The notes beneath the pieces are model-generated. The model had not been told where the DNA came from. It saw only the letters and a list, made by a program, of their open reading frames with translations, and did not search any database. A program made the translations under genes and the position numbers. DNA of 32,000 bases from Alkalilimnicola ehrlichii MLHE-1 (GTDB lineage: Bacteria; Pseudomonadota; Gammaproteobacteria; Nitrococcales; Halorhodospiraceae). Below are positions 24,735-32,000 of the stretch, one piece after another (positions within the stretch are counted from its first letter, which is position 1; each line of letters starts with the position of its first letter). The DNA lies in contig NC_008340.1 in the NCBI RefSeq assembly GCF_000014785.1, positions 1,230,001 through 1,262,000 on the forward strand. The letters are read 5' to 3'.

Positions 24735-26063
24735 ATGCGAATGACCTTGAAATCCATCGTTACGCTGATGCTGTTGCTCACCCTCTCCCTGATGAAGGGG
24801 GCCTGGGCCGAGCCAACGTATGTGCAGCCCGGGGGTATGGGTCTGCAGGAGGCCATTGATCAAGCCGAACCTGGCGATACGCTCTCGCTGCGACCCGGGG
24901 TCTATAGAGGCAACTTCCGGATCGATAAACCCTTGACCCTGAAGGGGGATAACGGGGCCATCCTGGATGGCCAAGGGGTCGGTGTCACCCTGTCCATTAT
25001 TGGTGCACCAGATACCCGTGTGGAGGGCCTGATCATCCGCAACAGTGGCATCGATATGACTGAAATGGATGCTGCGATCTTTCTCGACAAGGGCTCCCAC
25101 CGCACAGTTATTACAGGTAACCGGATTCATTCCCGTGCCTTTGGGATATGGGCCGGGGAGAGCGATGAGGTGCTGATTATCGCCAACCGGATCAGCGGTG
25201 ATACCCGTATGCGTTCGGCAGAGCGCGGCGATGGCATCCGCATGTTCCGGCTGACAGACTCGGTCATCATCGCCAACGAGATCTGGGAAGCCCGCGACGG
25301 CATCTATATCGATGTCAGTCATCACAACCGTCTGATTGGCAACGTCCTGCATAATCAGCGGTATGGTATTCATTACATGTTTTCCCACACCAACGATGTG
25401 TTGGTGAACCGAACCTATGATAACCGCATGGGCTACGCCCTGATGATGTCCCGTCACCTCAATGTACAGGGGAATACCTCTATCAGGGATCAGAATTACG
25501 GGATTCTTCTTAATGCGGTCACTTATTCCTATCTCGCAAGGAACCGTTCTCTTGACGTGATGCGGGGCCACCCGCCCGGTACGCCGGATGGGCATGGCGT
25601 TCTTGGCGCCGAGGGCAAAGCCGTTTTTATTTACAACTCGCAACACAACGAATTTGAAGACAACCTGTTCGCCCGTGCGGAGATCGGCGTCCATCTGACA
25701 GCCGGCTCCAACAACAACCACTTTCACGGCAATTCATTCGTCGGGAACCAGCACCAGGTGATGTACGTCGCGAATGTGGAGCAGGAGTGGTCTCACGAGG
25801 GGCGGGGTAACTACTGGAGCGATTACATGGGTTGGGATCTCAGGGGCGATGGCATCGGTGATGTCCCGTATGAGCCCAACGATGCCATGGACGGCATCCT
25901 CTGGAAATACCCTGCCGCCAAGATCCTTTTGAACAGTCCTGCGGTGCAGGTCCTGCGCTGGGTTCAGCGGCAATTCCCGGTGCTTCGCCCCAGTGGCGTG
26001 AAGGACAGCTATCCGCTGATCAGGCCTGCGCATGATTTGAAGCTCCTGGAGGAACTCGGGTGA
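24735..26063 (+). CDS. nosD: NosD, periplasmic parallel beta-helix copper-delivery component
   Basis: Signal peptide MRMTLKSIVTLMLLLTLSLMKGAWA and repeated beta-helix turns (IRNSGID, GNRIHS, ANRISG, ANEIWE, GNVLHNQRYGIHYMFS, GNSFVGN). Its stop overlaps the nosF start (GTGA). Confidence 0.9.
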   Translation: MRMTLKSIVTLMLLLTLSLMKGAWAEPTYVQPGGMGLQEAIDQAEPGDTLSLRPGVYRGNFRIDKPLTLKGDNGAILDGQGVGVTLSIIGAPDTRVEGLIIRNSGIDMTEMDAAIFLDKGSHRTVITGNRIHSRAFGIWAGESDEVLIIANRISGDTRMRSAERGDGIRMFRLTDSVIIANEIWEARDGIYIDVSHHNRLIGNVLHNQRYGIHYMFSHTNDVLVNRTYDNRMGYALMMSRHLNVQGNTSIRDQNYGILLNAVTYSYLARNRSLDVMRGHPPGTPDGHGVLGAEGKAVFIYNSQHNEFEDNLFARAEIGVHLTAGSNNNHFHGNSFVGNQHQVMYVANVEQEWSHEGRGNYWSDYMGWDLRGDGIGDVPYEPNDAMDGILWKYPAAKILLNSPAVQVLRWVQRQFPVLRPSGVKDSYPLIRPAHDLKLLEELG

Positions 26064-26986
26064 GCAAAGTAGTCAGTCTAGAGAGCGTCGATAAGCACTT
26101 CGGGTCGGTCCACGCGGTCACCGGTCTCACCCTCGGGCTGGAGGCCGGCGAGGTGCTGGGTTTGATGGGCCACAATGGGGCCGGTAAATCGACCACAATG
26201 AAACTTATCCTGGGCTTGCTGACGCCAACGGCCGGCAGCGTGGAGGTCTTTGGAAAGAGTCCTTCACAAAAGGAGGCGGCGGACCTGCGCGGCAGGATCG
26301 GCTATCTACCGGAGAATGTTTCCTTTTACGAGCAACTGACCGGCCGAGAGGTGCTGCGGTACTTTGCGGATCTGAAGAAGGTGGCCCGTAGCCTGGTCGG
26401 GACACTGCTCGAGCGGGTCGGCCTGGCCCACGCCGCGGACCGAAAGGTGCGGACCTATTCCAAGGGCATGCGTCAGCGGCTGGGCCTGGCGCAGGCGCTT
26501 TTGGGGGACCCGCAGCTACTCCTGATGGATGAGCCCACGGTGGGGCTTGATCCCATCGCGACCCGCGACTTCTACGACATGATGGATGACCTGCGCGGGA
26601 AGGGGGTGAGCATCATTCTCTGCTCTCACGTCCTCCCGGGCATTGAGCGCCATATCGACCGCGCCGCCATCATGGGCCAGGGCAAGCTGCTTGCCCAGGG
26701 CACACTCGATGAACTGCGGCGCCTCGCTGGGTTGCCTCAGACCATCAAGGTCTTTACCCGCACGCCCGACCGGATCCTCGCCCATGCGGAGGGCACCGGA
26801 TTGGAGGGGCGTCGGGTGAACGGGCAGGCCGTCGAGATCGTTACCCACGATGGCCAGAAGGTGGACGTGCTCAGGCACCTGCTGGCCAGTGAGGGCGTGG
26901 ACGACATGGAGTGGCAGCCGGCCTCGCTGGAGCACCTCTACGTGCACTTTGACAAACAAATGGAAGGGAGTGGGGCGCCGCGATGA
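26060..26986 (+). CDS. nosF: NosF, ABC ATPase
   Basis: Walker A GHNGAGKST, signature YSKGMRQRLGLA, Walker B LLLMDEPTVGLD. ATGA overlap with nosY. Confidence 0.9.
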   Translation: MSKVVSLESVDKHFGSVHAVTGLTLGLEAGEVLGLMGHNGAGKSTTMKLILGLLTPTAGSVEVFGKSPSQKEAADLRGRIGYLPENVSFYEQLTGREVLRYFADLKKVARSLVGTLLERVGLAHAADRKVRTYSKGMRQRLGLAQALLGDPQLLLMDEPTVGLDPIATRDFYDMMDDLRGKGVSIILCSHVLPGIERHIDRAAIMGQGKLLAQGTLDELRRLAGLPQTIKVFTRTPDRILAHAEGTGLEGRRVNGQAVEIVTHDGQKVDVLRHLLASEGVDDMEWQPASLEHLYVHFDKQMEGSGAPR

Positions 26987-27810
26987 ACGCCATTTTCACT
27001 GTTGCCGGCAAGGAGTTTAGAGATGGTCTGAGAAACCGATGGGTGCTAGCCATTACCATCGTCTTTGCGCTCTTTGCGATCGGTCTGGCCTGGTTTGGGG
27101 CGGCGGCGGCCGGTCATGTCGGGTTTACCGGTGTGGCCACCACGATCATCAGCCTGGCCACCCTGGCTGTGTTCCTGATCCCGCTGATCGCGCTGATGCT
27201 CGCCTACGACAGCATCGTCGGGGAAGATCAGCAGGGCACCCTTCTGCTTCTGCTGACCTACCCGTTGTCACGCAGTCAATTGGTCACGGGTAAGTTCCTG
27301 GGCCATGCCAGCATTCTCGGGCTGTCCACGCTGGTGGGGTTCGGGGTTGCGGGTGTGGTCATCGGGCTGCTCGGGGGCGGAGTTGATGCCGGCCAGCTGG
27401 CGGGCGGGTTCGGCATGTTCATTGGCAGTGCGCTGCTGCTGGGCTGGTCCTTCATTGGAATGGCGTACCTGATCAGCGTGATGGTGGGGGACAAGTCCAA
27501 GGCCGCCGGCCTTGCCCTGGTGGTCTGGTTTCTGTTCGTTCTGGTCTATGACCTGGTGCTGCTTGCACTGCTGGTGGGGACCGAGGGGGCCGTCTCTTCG
27601 GTCCTGTTCCAGGTGCTGCTGCTCTTCAACCCCACTGATGTCTTCCGACTGATCAATCTGACCGGTTTTGAGGCGGCAAGGGAGTATGCGGGGCTGACGT
27701 CCGTGGGTGCCGACGCCTATTCGCTCCCCCTGCTGTTTGGTGTTTTGGCGGTTTGGGCGGTTGTGCCCTTTCTCCTGGCGATGTGGCGATTTCGTCACAG
27801 GACTGCTTGA
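26983..27810 (+). CDS. nosY: NosY, ABC-2-type permease
   Basis: 275 aa with about 6 hydrophobic helices and a conserved N-terminus MNAIFTVAGKEFRDGLRNRWV. It sits between nosF and nosL. Confidence 0.85.
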   Translation: MNAIFTVAGKEFRDGLRNRWVLAITIVFALFAIGLAWFGAAAAGHVGFTGVATTIISLATLAVFLIPLIALMLAYDSIVGEDQQGTLLLLLTYPLSRSQLVTGKFLGHASILGLSTLVGFGVAGVVIGLLGGGVDAGQLAGGFGMFIGSALLLGWSFIGMAYLISVMVGDKSKAAGLALVVWFLFVLVYDLVLLALLVGTEGAVSSVLFQVLLLFNPTDVFRLINLTGFEAAREYAGLTSVGADAYSLPLLFGVLAVWAVVPFLLAMWRFRHRTA

Positions 27811-27819
27811 GGTTTATAG

Positions 27820-28401
27820 ATGACTGATCGGCGTACCCTGTTGAAGCTGTTTTCCGGCCTCCCCCTAGTGGGCCTGACGGTGGCGTGCAGCGAGACGGAG
27901 GACCAGACAGCGGCCTGCTCACCCAGGCCCTTCCACGACGATGAACTCTGTGTGTTGTGCGGCATGACGATTGTCGAATACCCCGGGCCGAAAGCCCAGG
28001 CCTGTGTCGATGACGGCACCCGGAACCTGGGATTTTGCTCCACCACTGACCTGTTTGCCTGGGCACTGCAGCCGGAGAACGCCACCCGGCTGCGCCGGGC
28101 CTACGTCCATGACATGGAGGGGCAGTCGTGGGAGTCCCCCGATGACAGCCTGCTGATGGTGGCTAAGCAGGCATATTACGTCGTCGGCGATCCCCGGATC
28201 GCTGCCATGGGCCTGACTCTGGTGCCCTTCGGTGACGACCGGCGGGCCGAAGCGCATAAACAGCACCTGGTCGATAACGGTGTGGACGACGCCCACATCC
28301 TGACCTACGACGAGATCGACTGGGATGTCCTAAACGAACTGAGTTCCGCGGTCGGCTCGATGGACTTCGAGCGCGCGCGGGAAATCATGGGTGACATGTG
28401 A
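27820..28401 (+). CDS. nosL: NosL copper-chaperone lipoprotein (copy 1)
   Basis: Signal peptide with lipobox-like LTVAC and the NosL-family CVLCGM motif. It sits directly after nosY. Confidence 0.85.
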   Translation: MTDRRTLLKLFSGLPLVGLTVACSETEDQTAACSPRPFHDDELCVLCGMTIVEYPGPKAQACVDDGTRNLGFCSTTDLFAWALQPENATRLRRAYVHDMEGQSWESPDDSLLMVAKQAYYVVGDPRIAAMGLTLVPFGDDRRAEAHKQHLVDNGVDDAHILTYDEIDWDVLNELSSAVGSMDFERAREIMGDM

Positions 28402-29153
28402 TGCAGGAAGGAAAGATTCAAGAAGAGTCCGATTATGAGGTCTCCAGCTGGGGGCAACTGGCCCCTGGCGAGGAGGTGCAGCGGGGACCGATGCTGATCT
28501 CGGACTGGAGCACCAACGAGCGGCCGGTGGCATCCGTGATCTGGCTGCACGGCCTTGGTGCGAATGGGACCGACTTTGATGGGGTTTTCCCCAAGATGCG
28601 GCAAACCAACCGTATTGGCATCCACCACGTGGTGCCCCACGCCCCGGTGCGGCGGATCACCGTGAACGACGGGGGGCTGCTCAGGGGGTGGTTTGATCTG
28701 TTCAGTCTGGATCTCGACGCCGAGGAGGATGTCGAGGGCATCCGCGATAGCCATGAACGGATCGTTGATCTGATCAGAGATGAGCAGGATGCAGGCATCC
28801 CGGCCAACCGGATCGTGCTGGCGGGCTACTCCCAGGGCGGCGCCATGGCCCTGCACACGGGGTTGCGGTACCCGGAGCCGCTCGCGGGCGTGGTCTGCCT
28901 TTCCGGCTATCTGCCGTTGCCGGAAACGCTGCAGGCGGAACAGCACCACGCCAACGCCGGTACCCCCATCTTCATGGCCCATGGCACGCGCGATGATGTC
29001 ATGGACTTCGGGCGTGCCGAGCAGGGGCGCGAGAAGCTGAAGGCCCTCGGTCACGACGTGCATTGGGAGGATTACCCGATTATGCATGAGGTGTGCATTG
29101 AGGAAATGGACGCGCTGGATGAGTGGCTCATGGCGCGCCTGAAGCAGGACTGA
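28398..29153 (+). CDS. Alpha/beta hydrolase, carboxylesterase/phospholipase family
   Basis: VIWLHGLGANGTDF oxyanion region, nucleophile elbow GYSQGGAM, HGTRDDVM (Asp) and YPIMHEV (His). The start (GTG 28398 or ATG 28401) overlaps the nosL stop. About 45 aa of extra N-terminus make a later start (MLISDW) possible. Confidence 0.8.
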   Translation: MMQEGKIQEESDYEVSSWGQLAPGEEVQRGPMLISDWSTNERPVASVIWLHGLGANGTDFDGVFPKMRQTNRIGIHHVVPHAPVRRITVNDGGLLRGWFDLFSLDLDAEEDVEGIRDSHERIVDLIRDEQDAGIPANRIVLAGYSQGGAMALHTGLRYPEPLAGVVCLSGYLPLPETLQAEQHHANAGTPIFMAHGTRDDVMDFGRAEQGREKLKALGHDVHWEDYPIMHEVCIEEMDALDEWLMARLKQD

Positions 29154-29186
29154 TGGGTCTCCGGTCACCTATTCGAGGTCACACAA

Positions 29187-29801
29187 TTGAACAGCATTAC
29201 CCAGAACTTTGGGGCTCATGGCCGCCTTCTGACCGCTCTGGCCGTTGCACTCCTCGGGGGCGGTTTCGCCTCCTCGGCTGCGGCCTGCCTGGAGGCCGGC
29301 GAGGAGACAGTCGGCGAGGTCAGTGATTCCTTCTGTGGTCAGGAGGGCTGGCCGCTCTTTTATGCCGGTGAGGTTGACGGGATCAAGACCTTCTTCGACG
29401 CCGAGTCCGGTGATCCGCAGATGCGATGGGACAGCGCCACCTGCCATCAGTGCGTGGGCGGCGTGGACACCTCATTTTCGGATGGTTACAGCAACACCTA
29501 CGAAGTGCTGTGGGACTACGGCGACTCCGACGGCCTTGAAGGGTTTGATAGCGCTCGTTACTGCGCGGAGAAAGGCGAGGGGTGGTTCCTGCCCGCCATA
29601 GAGCAATTGGAACTGGTCTGGGAAAACCGGGACCGGATCGACTACTCGCAGGTCGGATGGTCCGATTCCGCGATGCCCTATTGGTCATCCACCGTGGACA
29701 AGGATACCGGCCAGGTACTGCATGTGCGGTTCATGGACGGTCAGCGGGCCATGTTTTTTACGCATTTCAGTCGGCTGGTGCGCTGTGCCCGGGCTGAATG
29801 A
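29187..29801 (+). CDS. Secreted DUF1566-like (Lcl C-terminal-domain-like) protein, Cys-rich
   Basis: TTG start with GAGG 8 nt upstream. Signal-like LLTALAVALLGGGFASSAAAC. GWFLPAIEQLELVW...YWSST...VRCAR matches the DUF1566 pattern (GWRLPt..EL...yWSSt...vRCVR). Confidence 0.6.
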   Translation: MNSITQNFGAHGRLLTALAVALLGGGFASSAAACLEAGEETVGEVSDSFCGQEGWPLFYAGEVDGIKTFFDAESGDPQMRWDSATCHQCVGGVDTSFSDGYSNTYEVLWDYGDSDGLEGFDSARYCAEKGEGWFLPAIEQLELVWENRDRIDYSQVGWSDSAMPYWSSTVDKDTGQVLHVRFMDGQRAMFFTHFSRLVRCARAE

Positions 29802-29823
29802 GGGTGTACAGAGGTAGAGGTAT

Positions 29824-30369
29824 ATGCTGACCAGGCGGTCCGCGATCATCCTGCTGGGACTCTCCCCCCTGATTGCGTTGAAGGGCTGTGGGGACGGATT
29901 GCGGGCCCAGTGTGATGCGGCCACCACGGCATCGGATGAGCGCTGTGCGCAATGCGGCATGGTGGTCGTGGACTATCCCGGCCCCAAGGGGCAGGTCTGC
30001 GTGGATGATGGCCGGAAGAACCTCAGTTTCTGCTCCACCACAGACCTGTTTGCCTGGGTGATGCAGGCGGAGAATGCTGGCCGTGTTCGCCAGGCGTACG
30101 TGCATGACCTGGGGGAGACCGACTGGGAGCAGCCGGACGACACGGCGTTGATCGTGGCCGATAAGGCGCTGTACGTCATGGGGGATCGCAGGATGGGGGC
30201 CATGGGGCCGACCCTCATCCCGTACGCCAGCGAACAGAAAGCCGAGCGCCACGCCCAGTCGCTTGAGAAGGGCCAGGTGCTCACCTATGAGGAGATCGAC
30301 TGGGATGTCCTCAACGCTGTCACTCAATCAATGCTGGACAGCCCGGAAAGGCCCGAATATAGGCGGTGA
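29824..30369 (+). CDS. nosL: NosL-family lipoprotein (copy 2, paralog)
   Basis: Lipobox LIALKGC and the CAQCGM motif. By-eye alignment to copy 1 gives roughly 55-60% identity (YPGPK.Q.CVDDG..NL.FCSTTDLFAW...AYVHD...LTY.EIDWDVLN). The two copies share a 20-nt identical stretch, GAGATCGACTGGGATGTCCT. Confidence 0.8.
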   Translation: MLTRRSAIILLGLSPLIALKGCGDGLRAQCDAATTASDERCAQCGMVVVDYPGPKGQVCVDDGRKNLSFCSTTDLFAWVMQAENAGRVRQAYVHDLGETDWEQPDDTALIVADKALYVMGDRRMGAMGPTLIPYASEQKAERHAQSLEKGQVLTYEEIDWDVLNAVTQSMLDSPERPEYRR

Positions 30370-30428
30370 CCCCAAACCCGCGGTGGGTGATCCCGCGGTT
30401 TTTCAGAAACTGGTACGAGGATATTCCG

Positions 30429-30803
30429 ATGAAGAGTTATTCTTTGCCCCTGGTGGTGACTTTGGCACTGCTCGTATGGTCCGTGGCGGGGCTGGCCCAG
30501 GATGTTGAGCGATCTGAAGTCTACCCGGTGAACGGGATTTTTGTCTCCTATGATGAGGCGGATCATGAAATTGTGGTGATTCATGAGGAGGTGCCCCAGG
30601 TCATGCGGGCCATGCGCATGATGCTCCGCCTGCCGGAAGGCGAGCCGGCCCCGCAATTCACCCACGGTGACAAAATTCGTTTTGGGATGCAGCGGCGTGC
30701 CGTTCAGGGCCACCAATGGTTCGCAATGGACCTCGAACCGTTACCGGAAGAGACCGCGCTGGTGCTGCCGGAGAAGGCGCTGGAACGCGAGGGGCTGAAA
30801 TAA
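30429..30803 (+). CDS. CusF-like periplasmic Cu(I)-binding protein
   Basis: The ATG at 30429 has GAGGA 7 nt upstream; the track ORF from 30366 is extended. Signal peptide MKSYSLPLVVTLALLVWSVAGLA. GIFVSYDEADHEIVVIHEEVPQVMRAMRMMLRL...GDKIRFGM fits the CusF pattern (His plus Met-x-Met on a small beta-barrel). Confidence 0.65.
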   Translation: MKSYSLPLVVTLALLVWSVAGLAQDVERSEVYPVNGIFVSYDEADHEIVVIHEEVPQVMRAMRMMLRLPEGEPAPQFTHGDKIRFGMQRRAVQGHQWFAMDLEPLPEETALVLPEKALEREGLK

Positions 30804-30862
30804 AAAACAAGAAAGTTCCTGAGGGGCCGGCGTTGGGCTGAGCCTCTGACTTCCTCCGTGTA

Positions 30863-30896
30863 CCCCGGGTCGGCTTGTCCATCCGGGGTTTTTTCT
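30863..30896 (+). terminator. Rho-independent terminator ending the nos-associated gene string
   Basis: CCCCGG (30863-30868) / CCGGGG (30883-30888) stem followed by TTTTTTCTG. Confidence 0.6.
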
Positions 30897-30920
30897 GTCT
30901 GCCGGCTGGTGCGTCCCGGG

Positions 30921-32000
30921 CTAGCCGCCGGCCCCGTCGCCTCTATCCGGGCCCCGGGGCAGGCGCTCGCGGGGCAGGTGGCAAAGCACCCGGTGTCCCG
31001 GCGCCGGCCCGTGGTCCGGCGGCGGCGAGTGCGCGCAAATCGGCAGTACGTAGGGGCAACGGGTGTGGAAGGGGCACCCCTCGGGACGCCCCGCCGGGCC
31101 CGGGTTGTGGCCCGGCAGGCGGACCGGCGGGCGCCAGGCCCGGCCCGGATCCGGCGTGGCGGCCAGCAGGGCCGCGGTGTAGGGGTGGCCGGGGCCTGCA
31201 AAGACCGCCTCCACCGGGCCCTCCTCGACCACCTCGCCCAGGTACATCACCGCCACCCGGTCGGCCAGATAGCGCACCACCGCCAGGTCGTGGGAGATGA
31301 ACAGGTAGGCCGCGCCGGTCTCCGCCTGCAGGCGCAAGAGCAGTTCTAGGATGGCGGCCTGAACCGAAACGTCCAGGGCCGAGGTGGGCTCGTCCAGCAC
31401 CACCAGCTCCGGGGCACCGGCAAAGGCCCGGGCGATGGCGGCCCGTTGCCGCTGGCCGCCGGAGAGCTGCCCCGGGCGCCTTGCGCCCAACTCGCCGCTC
31501 AGTGCCACGCTGCCGAGCAGGGCAAGGGCCCGCTCGCGGGCCTGTTTTCGGCGCAGTCCACCCAGGGTGCGCGCCGCGCGCTGGAGCATGCTGGCGAGCC
31601 GGTGGCTGGGGTTGAGGGTGTCGTCCGGTGACTGGAACACCATCTGCAGACGGCGTAGGGTTCGTCCGCTGCGGCGGCGGAGGCGGCCGGCCAGGGGCTT
31701 GCCCTGAAGCTCCAAGGTACCTGCCGTGGCGGGCTTGAGCCCGGTGACGGCCCGGGCCAGGGTGGTCTTGCCGCTGCCGGACTCACCGACTAGCGCCAGG
31801 GTCTGCCCGCCGCCCAGGGTTAGTGAGACCTCCCGCAGCACCCGGACCCGGCCGTAATCGACGTTGAGGCCCTCGATCTTTAGGGCCGGGGGCCGGCCGT
31901 CGTCGGGCGTGGCGTCGGGCCGGGGCGCGGCGCGACTCGGGCGGACCGCCTGACCGGCGAGGTCCGGGAGCAGGCACCGGCTCTGCTGACTGGGCGCCAC
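30921..32000 (-). CDS. Peptide/nickel-type ABC transporter ATP-binding protein, 5-prime end beyond the right edge (possibly the second half of a fused double-ATPase)
   Basis: Walker A GESGSGKTT, signature LSGGQRQRAAIARA, Walker B LVVLDEPTSALD, and the oligopeptide-type C-terminal extension PGHPYTAALL...CPFHTRCP. The low-complexity linker-like sequence before the ABC domain, with no plausible start in the window, suggests an upstream fused domain. Confidence 0.85.
   Translation of the reverse strand: MAPSQQSRCLLPDLAGQAVRPSRAAPRPDATPDDGRPPALKIEGLNVDYGRVRVLREVSLTLGGGQTLALVGESGSGKTTLARAVTGLKPATAGTLELQGKPLAGRLRRRSGRTLRRLQMVFQSPDDTLNPSHRLASMLQRAARTLGGLRRKQARERALALLGSVALSGELGARRPGQLSGGQRQRAAIARAFAGAPELVVLDEPTSALDVSVQAAILELLLRLQAETGAAYLFISHDLAVVRYLADRVAVMYLGEVVEEGPVEAVFAGPGHPYTAALLAATPDPGRAWRPPVRLPGHNPGPAGRPEGCPFHTRCPYVLPICAHSPPPDHGPAPGHRVLCHLPRERLPRGPDRGDGAGG

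Noticed and set aside
22949-24856. 635-aa minus-strand ORF covering all of nosZ
   Set aside because: It is an antisense shadow ORF. The plus-strand product has a Tat signal and CuA motif, whereas the antisense translation is Arg/Val/His/Gly/Asp-rich with no motif. Sense codons in GC-rich genes rarely generate antisense stops.
24579-25727. 382-aa minus-strand ORF over nosD
   Set aside because: Same antisense-shadow reasoning; the plus strand encodes a clear NosD beta-helix protein with a signal peptide.
28305-29168. 287-aa minus-strand ORF
   Set aside because: It is antisense to the esterase gene, which carries the GxSxG elbow and a full catalytic-triad pattern.
29436-29450. CHQC in the DUF1566-like protein as a haem c site
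   Set aside because: The motif is C-H-Q-C-V, not CxxCH. It may be a redox or metal CxxC motif, but it is not a c-type haem attachment site.
30858-31977. Plus-strand ORFs 30858-31349, 30875-31300, 31384-31707 and others
   Set aside because: They are antisense to the ABC ATPase gene, which has complete Walker A, signature and Walker B motifs.

Overview
GC-rich (about 63-65% by eye) proteobacterial chromosome segment; no searches or HMMs were run, so all calls rest on motifs read from the translations and on the DNA itself. Left to right: (1) a minus-strand tetR / membrane-fusion / RND-permease efflux operon joined by ATGA overlaps. The RND gene runs off the left edge and is missing from the supplied ORF track; I verified its open frame by hand. 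(2) A 1237-aa fused GltD/NfnB-like plus PyrK/NfnA-like iron-sulfur flavoprotein. (3) A noncoding stretch with a C12 tract and REP-like GC-rich palindromes. (4) A 9.1-kb integrative element in tRNA-Asn(GTT), bounded by perfect 48-bp direct repeats (9082-9129 and 18149-18196). It encodes a P4-type integrase, an AlpA-like protein, a 925-aa primase/helicase-like protein, an iteron-bearing inverted repeat, a translationally coupled TerS-like / Cys4 mini-protein / TerL trio, two unassigned proteins and a ParB-like remnant. It has no portal, capsid or tail genes. A 9-mer, TGTGCACCC, is repeated at both arms and at an internal promoter region. (5) A nitrous-oxide reductase locus: a DNR-like Crp/Fnr regulator, two monohaem cytochromes c, nosRZDFYL, then an unusual tail of esterase, DUF1566-like protein, a second nosL and a CusF-like protein, with no nosX/apbE in the window. 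(6) A convergent peptide/nickel-type ABC ATPase running off the right edge. The best candidate for an undescribed system is the tRNA-Asn element: a satellite-like replication/integration core carrying its own complete terminase but no virion genes. The duplicated-nosL copper-handling tail of the nos cluster is second.
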